Below, in pieces: positions 54,939 through 64,000 of a DNA stretch of 64,000 nucleotides. Source of the DNA: Octopus sinensis (taxonomy: Eukaryota); NCBI RefSeq assembly GCF_006345805.1, contig NC_043001.1, forward strand, positions 4,712,001 through 4,776,000, read 5' to 3'. Numbering within the stretch: the first letter of the stretch is position 1; each line of letters begins with the position of its first letter. The position numbers were made by a program, and so were the translations under genes. Under the pieces are notes generated by a model. The model made no database searches and was not told the origin of the DNA. It saw only the letters and a list, made by a program, of their open reading frames with translations.

Positions 54939-56485
54939 AAATATTATTTGAGACAAAACCACTATTTGCAAAACAAACAAGGAAAGACTTAATCAATACA
55001 TAAAATTTAATAAATAGTCAAAAAACCGCCACTACAATCGTTTCTTGTCTTGATCGACAATCTTCAGGTGGACTTCCAATCTAAAAAATCAAAATTTAAA
55101 ATATAAAAATAATACTTTTAAATAATTAAAGTATAAATGAAAAAATATAAGTATATAATCCATATATAACCTATATATAATCCATATCGAAAATATAGAC
55201 TAATTACCACGAATTCCCTAAAAAAAGCATGATAAACAAAACTCTTAAAAACATATAACGATAAAATCTCCCTTTGCTAAACTCTATAACAACCTATAAA
55301 GTAAACCCCCTAACCTAACATTCACACACAATACACACACGTAAACCACAGACTCACGACTTATACACATACCTATACTAACTTATAAACCTCAATATAC
55401 ACCAAAACCCACTCCCTCCCCACACAGACAAATTAACACATACATCCCAAAACCTAAATAACAAACCCATATACACATTCACACACAAAACACACTCACA
55501 CGCAAAACACTCACACACAAAAGATACATATACTCCCTCACATATACGCCTATACATACTCACTAAACTCGACATATACAACAATACTTACACCCCACAA
55601 AAAACATTATATACAATTTATGAGCTTTAACTCACCTTAGCATCTCTAACAAACACTTGCAGTAACCCAATCCCATTCTCTATGCCTACCTCACTACTAC
55701 ACTATTCCATTCACATTCCAAGCAACGCTAGTCCACCACCCGGTTATTCACGTGGCAAAACGAACACCACTCAAAAATTAATGAATGAAACAATGTAAAA
55801 AATAACCAACACCTAAAATAGACAAAAACCACGAATTACTAAAAAACCATGATAAACCAAAACTCATAAAAACTATAACGATAAAATCTCCCTTTGCTAA
55901 ACCCTATAACAAACTTATTAGCAATCCCCCTAACCTAAACATTCACACACAAAAAACCCACACTAAACACAGACCCAAGACTTATACACAAACCTATACT
56001 AACTTATAAACCTCAATATACCCCAAACCCCTCCCTCCCCACACAGACAAATTAACACATACATCCCAAATCCTAATAACAAACCCAAATACACATTCAC
56101 ACAACAAACACACACCACGCACAAACACACACACACAACAGATACATATGCTCCCTCCATATACGCATATACATACTCACTAAAACTCGATATATACAAC
56201 AATATTTACACCCACACTCATACAGATAATAAATTAATTATACAATTAAAACTCACAACCAATCTCATATACATAACACTCTTATGAAAACAACAATAAA
56301 TACATCGTAATTACCAGAATATCAAAAATAACATTATGACATAAGGATAAATCAAATACATACTTTTTTTTTTTTTTTTTTTATTATTATTTTTAGGGGA
56401 TGTATGTGTTTATTTATCCATGTGGGCTGGAGTGGCCGTTAGGTGCATATGCTGAGGCTCACATGCAAACCCAAGTACAACGAAT
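54936..56485 (-). repeat. 3' pseudo-LTR of the PLE (~1.55 kb)
   Basis: Near-identical to 59556-61110 apart from small indels. Contains an internal ~620-bp-period duplication (units start at 55206 and 55828). Confidence 0.9.
55029..55071 (-). ncRNA. Minimal type I hammerhead ribozyme (3' pLTR copy)
   Basis: Minus strand reads CCAC-CUGAAGA-UUGUC gaucaa GACAA-GAAAC gauu GUA-GUGG. It has stem I CCAC/GUGG, the CUGANGA core, a 5-bp stem II, GAAA, a 2-bp stem III and a GUA cleavage triplet. Confidence 0.85.
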
Positions 56486-56925
56486 GAAGTGGGCACTTAT
56501 AATTGTTATGGGTGTGTACTTTATTATAAAGACAATACCCAAAAATCTGTCAATTCAACATACAAATAAAAACAAAAACAAAGGGATCTTAAACATTCAC
56601 ACATACATACAAAACTCAATAAAAACACCACTAATTAACACCCAAAACATATAAATATATCCTCAAAATACATATAACAAATGCAAAATAAAAACATAAT
56701 AAAATAAATATAAAATAAATAAAAAAATAAAAAAATCTAATATAAATTATTAAAGTTTTAACGTACCATAAACTGCTAAATAATATACATTAAAAATGAA
56801 CTAATTAAAACAAAGAAATATCAATAAAGACTAACTATAATTAAATCCTAGACAACATAACCAAAAATATATCATCTAAACTAATTTAAACTAAACTAAA
56901 ATAACCTAAAAGGGAACTATTATTG

Positions 56926-59416
56926 CTATTTATCATGAAACTTATTATATAAGTAAAGTAACTTGTGTCTACATTTTATTTTGCGCTCCTCCCCAGTATT
57001 AAGTAAATTATCATACTTATAAAATAAAATTTCTTTAAACTCATTAGAGCATAAATAACAACAATTAGCTCCTATATTATATGATTTAGTTTTACAAATT
57101 ATTTCCCATATTAAACTATAATTAATATTTAGTGATTTAAGACTCCAAATATACTTACTAAGTCCGGTTGAGTTGATTAAGTTTTTATTTTTAAAAAATT
57201 CATATGTTGTGCAATTCTTAGTTTTATTTTTGAGGAAGTAGAACCTATATAAACCGATTTTGTGTAATTATTATTCTTAAAGTTATTATCATGTAATGTA
57301 ACTATACATTTATACACTACATCGTTAATATCACAATTATTATTTAATATACAATTAGATTTATCTCTACATGTACAATTAATATAAGTCTTATCATTAT
57401 TAATATTATTATCAAATAATTTCTTTTTATAAAAATTATTCAGTTTATATTTATTAAATGAAGAAATAATGTTACCAACATTTAGTGGTAGAGTAACCAA
57501 CTCCAAAATTATTAAAGAGAAAATGTTTCTATATTTACGATTATCTCTAATAAATAGTTCTATAACATCTAAAATCTCTTTAATAATATTCGTTTTAACT
57601 TGATCTCCATAAGGAACTATTAACCAATTTTATTCTTATTAACCTTATTATTATTATCATTATTATAAATATATTTATAATTCTTATTTTATTAAAATTA
57701 TTATCAGAATTATATCTATGTACAGCATTTAAGGAATTATTAATATTATTAAATTTATCAATATAATTATTATAATAATTATTAAATTTATTTTTATTTA
57801 TTATTCTTATTTATATTATTATTATTATATTTATTATTATTATATTCTTATTCTTACTATATTTTTATCATTTTTATTATTTTTTTATAATCTATTATTT
57901 TTACCACTAAACGTAACAAATTATAATTATTATTAGAAGTATCTCGAAAATTATCATTTAAATCATTATCGCTAATATTATAAAATATAATATTCTTATT
58001 ATAACCTGCCCCTCTAAGGGCCTCATTATAATAATTAGCATGTTTATTAAAATCTCTATATCATAAGAGAGTATGAAATACGTTTACTTAAATTATTAAT
58101 CAACGATTTTTTAATAGAAAATGGGTGATTACTATTAACATTTATATATCTAAGGTTCTCATTAAGTTTATGATATGGTTGTGTTTTACCTGTAATAAGA
58201 TTAAAATTAACATCTAAATAATTAACATTATAATTCTCCTTATATATAGTAATACGTAAACCATATCTTTTAAAGAACTATATAGTTTTTTCTTATATAC
58301 TTCTAGATTCCTATTAGTACAATTTTTTGTAACTAGTAGAAGATCGTCTCTATATAACCACCCTCTATCTTAAGATTTTCTAATTGGAGTTCAGATAAAA
58401 GAAAAATACCTACTAAATCAGTAGCCTGTGCAGAATCTGGTGCTCCCATAGGTATATCAAAACAATCTCTAGTATCATTCCTAGCCCATAATTTATTTTT
58501 ATATTTAATTAGCGATTTCCTAGCCAATTTAATTACATTAACTTCTTCCCGTGACATGCCCACTTTATTCATTGCGAAAATAAGCGCTTTATTAAACACA
58601 ATTTCATTAATAGAAGAATAATTATCTATATCTATTTGAATAAATTTATAACGATTTTTATCTTTAATATTATTAAACCATTTCAATGTATTATTATTAC
58701 TAAACCATAATTTTAATAATTAAGTTTATTTAACTTATCAATATATTTATCTAAAATAAATTTACTTAATTTACCTAGGTCCGATTTACATGGGCAAATT
58801 AATCTAACTTTAGGGTCTGAATAAAATTATCTTTATGGTCTTTAAGAGTAATTCTGGGGTGCAAAGGTACATAAGGTTCATTTTATTATCCAACTCATAT
58901 TTTAACATTACTACTTTAGAGGCCTTATTAATATTATAAAGAATATCATCTGGAACAATTTTATATTTAATTATTTCTTTCCCTAATAGTTTATCATATA
59001 ATTTAACATCTAATTTATATAAGTTCCTTGTTTTATCAGATTGTACTATAATACTATCCATATTTCTCATATCTTTAATTTTAATTGCTAAATTCCTTAA
59101 ATATTCATTATTCTATTTGGGTATTTATGGAATTCAATATTTTTTACCACCTTCCATATACTATCTTCAAGTAATTGTAATTCTTTATTAAATGGAGGTT
59201 CCTTTCTAGATTAAATTTAGAGGTATAATTATCATTCCTACTATCAATATCATTAAATAAATAAAAATTATAGTAAAAAGCTTTCCATTTAATTCTAGAA
59301 ATAAAATCTTTAACATTATTAACAAGTTTCAAGATAAATTCCTTTCTAGAAGGAATAGGAATATCTTTCAAAGATGAATCCCAAAACAGCGGTTCTATCT
59401 TACCTGTAAAATCCAT
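56926..59416 (-). pseudogene. PLE polyprotein (~830 aa if repaired): N-terminal domain, RT, thumb/linker, Cys-rich GIY-YIG endonuclease; broken by several single-base frameshifts
   Basis: Joining frames gives SLKDIPIPSRKEF..IKWKAF, SDKTRNLYKL, ITLKDHKDNF..PKVRLICPCKSDLGKLSK, FIQIDIDNY, FDIPMGAPDSAQATDLVG, G(L)YRDDLL, YLDVNFNL, YINVNSNHP, CTCRDKSNC..C, VVYKC..VYIGST, LSKYIWSLK, CYLC..E, CRH, with a stop at 56928-56926. These are characteristic PLE RT and GIY-YIG motifs. ORF-track pieces: 59144-59461, 58810-59070, 58333-58686, 57177-57506. Confidence 0.9.
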
Positions 59417-59555
59417 AATTTGCGAAATTGAGGTATTACACTCAATATACAAAATTATCAATATTATATAAATAATAAATATTAGGGAATATATCCAAAT
59501 TTACAGGGAAAAAAAATCAGATTTAGGATTAAATCCAATTTTATAGTAAAATATT

Positions 59556-61110
59556 ATAAAATATTATTTGAGACAAAACCACTATTTTGCAAAACAAACA
59601 AGGAAAGACTTAATCAATACATAAAATTTAATAAATAGTCAAAAAACCGCCACTACAATCGTTTCTTGTCTTGATCGACAATCTTCAGGTGGACTTCCAA
59701 TCTAAAAAATCTAAATTTTAAAATATAAAAATAATACTTTTAAATAATTAAAGTATAAATGAAAAAATATAAGTATATATCCATATATAACCTATATATA
59801 ATCCATATCGAAAATATAGACTAATTACCACGAATTCCCTAAAAAAAACCATGATAAAACAAAACTCTTAAAAACATATAACGATAAAATCTCCTTTGCT
59901 AAACTCTATAACAAACCTATAAAGTAAACCCCCTAACCTAAACATTCACACACAAATACACACACGTAAACCACAGACTCACGACTTATACACATACCTA
60001 TACTATTATAAACCTCAATACACCAAAACCCACTCCCTCCCCACACAGACAAATTAACACATACATCCCAAAACCTAAATAACAAACCCATATACACATT
60101 CACACACAAAACACACACTCACACGCAAAACACTCACACACAAAAGATACATATACTCCCTCACATATACGCCTATACATACTCACTAAACTCGACATAT
60201 ACAACAATACTTACACACCCACAAAAAACATTATATACATTTATGAGCTTTAACTCACCTTAGCATCTCTAACAACAACTTGCAGTAACCCATCCCATTC
60301 TCTATGCCTACCTCACTACTACACTATTCCATTCACATTCCAAGCAACGCTAGTCCACCACCCGGTTATTCACGTGGCAAAACGAACACCACTCAAAAAT
60401 TATGAATGAAACAATGTAAAAAAATACCAACACCTAAAATAGACAAAATACCACGAATTACCTAAAAAAAAAAAACCATGATAACCAAAACTCATAAAAA
60501 CATATAACGATAAAATCTCCCTTGCTAAACCTATAACAAACTTATATAGCAATCCCCCTAACCTAAACATTCACACACAAAAACCCCCACGTAAACACAG
60601 ACCCAAGACTTATACACAACCTATACTAACTTATAAACCTCAATATACACCCAAACCACTCCCTCCCCACACAGACAAATTAACACATACTCCCATCCTA
60701 AATAACAAACCAAATACACATTCACACACAAACACACACACACACACGCAACCAACACACACAACAGATACATATGCTCCCTCACTATACGCATATACAT
60801 ACTCACTAAAACTCGATATATACAACAATATTCACCCACACTCATAACAGATAAATAATTATTATACAATTAAAACTCACAACCAATCTCATCTACATAA
60901 ACACTCTTATGAAACACAATAATACATCGTAATTAACCAGAATATCAAAAATAACATTATGACATAAGGATAAATCAAATACATACTTTTTTTTTTTTTT
61001 TTTTTTTTTATTATTTTTAGGGGATGTATGTGTTTATTTATCCATGTGGGGCTGGAGTGGCCGTTAGGTGGCATATGCGAGGCTCACATGCAAACCCAAG
61101 TACAACGAAT
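59556..61110 (-). repeat. 5' pseudo-LTR of the PLE (~1.55 kb)
   Basis: Direct repeat of 54936-56485; both copies end in ...cccaagtacaacgaat on the + strand. Confidence 0.9.
59650..59692 (-). ncRNA. Minimal type I hammerhead ribozyme (5' pLTR copy)
   Basis: Identical to 55029-55071. Confidence 0.85.
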
Positions 61111-61127
61111 TCCCTAATATTTATTAT

Positions 61128-61128
<1 letters not shown>

Positions 61129-61164
<36 letters not shown>

Positions 61165-61391
61165 ATGTTTATATGAATGTTCCCGTCTGTATAAAGGGTA
61201 ACTGCATCTATATATACTTATTATTTATTACTTATTACTTATTATTTATTACTTGAGTATGCGTTTGTATGCATGTATGTATTTATGTATATAAGGTGGC
61301 GCGTGAGTGTATGTATGTGTATGCACCTCTATAGAAATATGTATACATTTATGCATGTATGTACTTATGTGTATATACCTGTATATGTGTA

Positions 61392-61422
<31 letters not shown>

Positions 61423-61644
61423 GTGTATGTGTATGTGTGGGTGTGTATGAGTATGTATGTATGTATACGCACATGTGTGTATATATGTGTATATATATGT
61501 ATATATATATATGTATGTGTATGTGTATGTCTGTATATATATGTGTGCGAGTATGTGTGTGTTGTGTATGTATATATGTAGATATGTGTATGTGTATGTG
61601 TGGGTATATATATATATATATATTGTGAATGCGTGTGTATATGT

Positions 61645-61698
<54 letters not shown>

Positions 61699-61774
61699 TG
61701 TGTGTAAGTGTGTGTATATATGTATGTGTAAGTGTGTGTGTGTACGAGTATGTATGTATGTATGCACACATGTG

Positions 61775-61823
<49 letters not shown>

Positions 61824-61948
61824 GTGTGTATGTATATGTATGGGTGTGTGTAATATATATCATATATATGGTTGTGTGTATGTGTGTATATGTATATGTA
61901 TGTATATGTATATATATATATATATGTGTTTGTGATATATATAATATA

Positions 61949-61989
<41 letters not shown>

Positions 61990-62263
61990 ATGTGTATGTG
62001 TGTGTATGTATATGTATGTATATATATACATAATATGGTAATTATATATATATATGTGTGTTATGTATATGTATGTATATATATATATATAGTGTATTAT
62101 ATATATATTATATATATATATCTGTGTGTATGTATATGTATGTATGTATATATGTGTGTGTATGTGTATGTGTATATGTACATTACGTGTACGCTCGTGT
62201 GTTATGTATATGTAGGTACGTAGAGTTATGTATGTATGTATGTATGTGTACATATGTGTAAGT

Positions 62264-62325
<62 letters not shown>

Positions 62326-62696
62326 AAGTTTATATGTATGTATCTGTCTGTATAATAGGTAACTGCACGTAAATATATACTTAATATTTATTATTTATTT
62401 TTTGAGTATGCATGTATGTATATGAATAACTGCACGTATATATATGTTATTATTTACTTTTTTGAGTATGCATGTAAGTATATGAACATAAGGAGGCGCG
62501 CGTGTGTTTGTGTATGTGTAAGCATATGTATAGATATATGTATACTTTTACGCATGTGTGTACTTATGTGTATATATGGATGCGCGTGTGTGTGTGTGTA
62601 TATGGGTACGCATGTATATGTGTATGTGTGTGTATGTATATGTGTATGTATGTGTGTGTATATATGTATATGTATGTATGTACATGTATTTGTGTG

Positions 62697-62747
<51 letters not shown>

Positions 62748-62887
62748 TATATATATGTGTATTAGTATATGTATGTATATGTATGTGTATGTATGCGCGT
62801 ATATGCATGTATATGTATACGTGTGGGTGTGTGTATGTGTATATATGTATGTATGTATGGGTGTATGTATATGTATGTATATATACG

Positions 62888-62924
<37 letters not shown>

Positions 62925-63336
62925 TTGTATGTAGGTGTATATGTATGTGTGTATATATATTTATTGGTGTATATGTATGGACTAGTCTTCTAAGCGTGTA
63001 GACATGAATCTGTAGGTACGCGTACGTATGTGTATATATGTGAATGTATGTAGATGTATGTATGTATGTATGAATATAACGCGTGCGTGCGTGTATGTGT
63101 ATGAGTGTACGAATGAGTGAGTGTGCGTGCTAATGAGTGTGCGTGCGTGAGTGAGTGCTTGTGTTCGAGTAGAAACATAAATGGACTTGCTGTCGTAGCC
63201 AAGATGCTTGTGACCCGCGGTCAAAGATAACAAAAGTTATAAATGAAGATAATAATAAAATTAAAATTAGGGAATGAGTTTGTATTTGTATGTATATGTG
63301 TGTATGTGTAGGTATGTATAGGTACACATATGTGTG

Positions 63337-63367
<31 letters not shown>

Positions 63368-63665
63368 GTATATATGGACTTGTGTGTGCATGTGTGTATG
63401 TAGATATGTGTGTGTATGTGTGCATGTGTATGTGTGTGTATGTATATATTTTTTGTGTGTATATGTATGTGTGGGCGTGTGTGTGTATATATACATGTGT
63501 GTGTGCATATATATATGCATATATATGTATATATATATATATATATATATGTATATGTGTGTATATATACATGTATGTATATATATATGTGTGCGTGTGT
63601 ATGTATGTGTGTATGTATATGTGTGCGTGTGTGTATATATATACATATGTGTATATGTATAAGTG
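61129..63665. repeat. Compound (TA)n/(TG)n/(TATG)n microsatellite field
   Basis: Directly visible. The unit gtaggta.gtagagttat also occurs at ~54575 and ~54730, on the other side of the PLE. Confidence 0.9.
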
Positions 63666-63966
63666 AGAATCTCCTTATTTACCTAAAACTCTATTCTTCT
63701 ATATATTTTTCTATATATTTTTTATTCTTTTATTTTATTTTTCTTTTATTTATTCTTTTATCTATTTTACCACTGACTCCTTGACCACTCCCCCAAGTAT
63801 GATATTTTTGCGTTATGCCTACCCCCAAGAAGTCCCCCACCACCACCCCTTTTAACCTGCCTAAATGTATAAATGCCAATACAATTCTTGTTAACTAGCT
63901 TCCTGATGATTTCTCTTGAATGAAACAGTTCTAGTCCTGTAGAAGCTCCTTCTATATAATAAATTA

Positions 63967-63997
<31 letters not shown>

Positions 63998-64000
63998 TAT

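Larger units (their letters stand above)
54936..61128 (-). mobile_element. Near full-length Penelope-like retroelement (Naiad/Neptune-type architecture): pLTR - RT/GIY-YIG ORF - pLTR, inserted in (TA)n-rich sequence
   Basis: Direct repeats 54936-56485 and 59556-61110 flank a frameshifted RT+endonuclease ORF. Both repeats contain a hammerhead motif, and (TA)n lies on both sides. Confidence 0.93.

Noticed and set aside
55300-55320. cctaacctaa telomere-like motif in the pLTRs
   Set aside because: Only two units within a generally C/A-rich strand; expected by chance.
56926-59416. Selenocysteine recoding (reported for some Naiad PLEs)
   Set aside because: The conserved Cys positions I translated in both GIY-YIG regions are TGT/TGC, no in-frame TGA was seen at motif positions, and no convincing SECIS was found by eye.

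Overview
AT-rich, microsatellite-saturated animal genomic DNA. It is most likely an octopus, inferred from the SINE families and the (TA)n/(TAA)n/(CA)n density. No long intact host ORF is visible; at most there is a weak chain of small minus-strand exons. The window is dominated by mobile DNA: tRNA-derived SINEs of three families, degraded R4/Dong-like and CR1-like LINE 3' ends, and Tc1 and mariner remnants. The most notable component is a set of Penelope-like elements (PLEs). One near full-length PLE (54936-61128, minus strand) has RT, GIY-YIG and two ~1.55-kb direct pseudo-LTRs, each carrying a minimal type I hammerhead ribozyme. A second PLE (15332-18321) is 5'-truncated and bracketed by ~770-bp inverted arms, each with a hammerhead. 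Two small non-coding fold-back elements (14587-15074 and 27634-28040) are built from outward-facing hammerhead-bearing arms, and one of them has a tRNA-like head. All motif calls were made by eye; no searches or folding programs were run.
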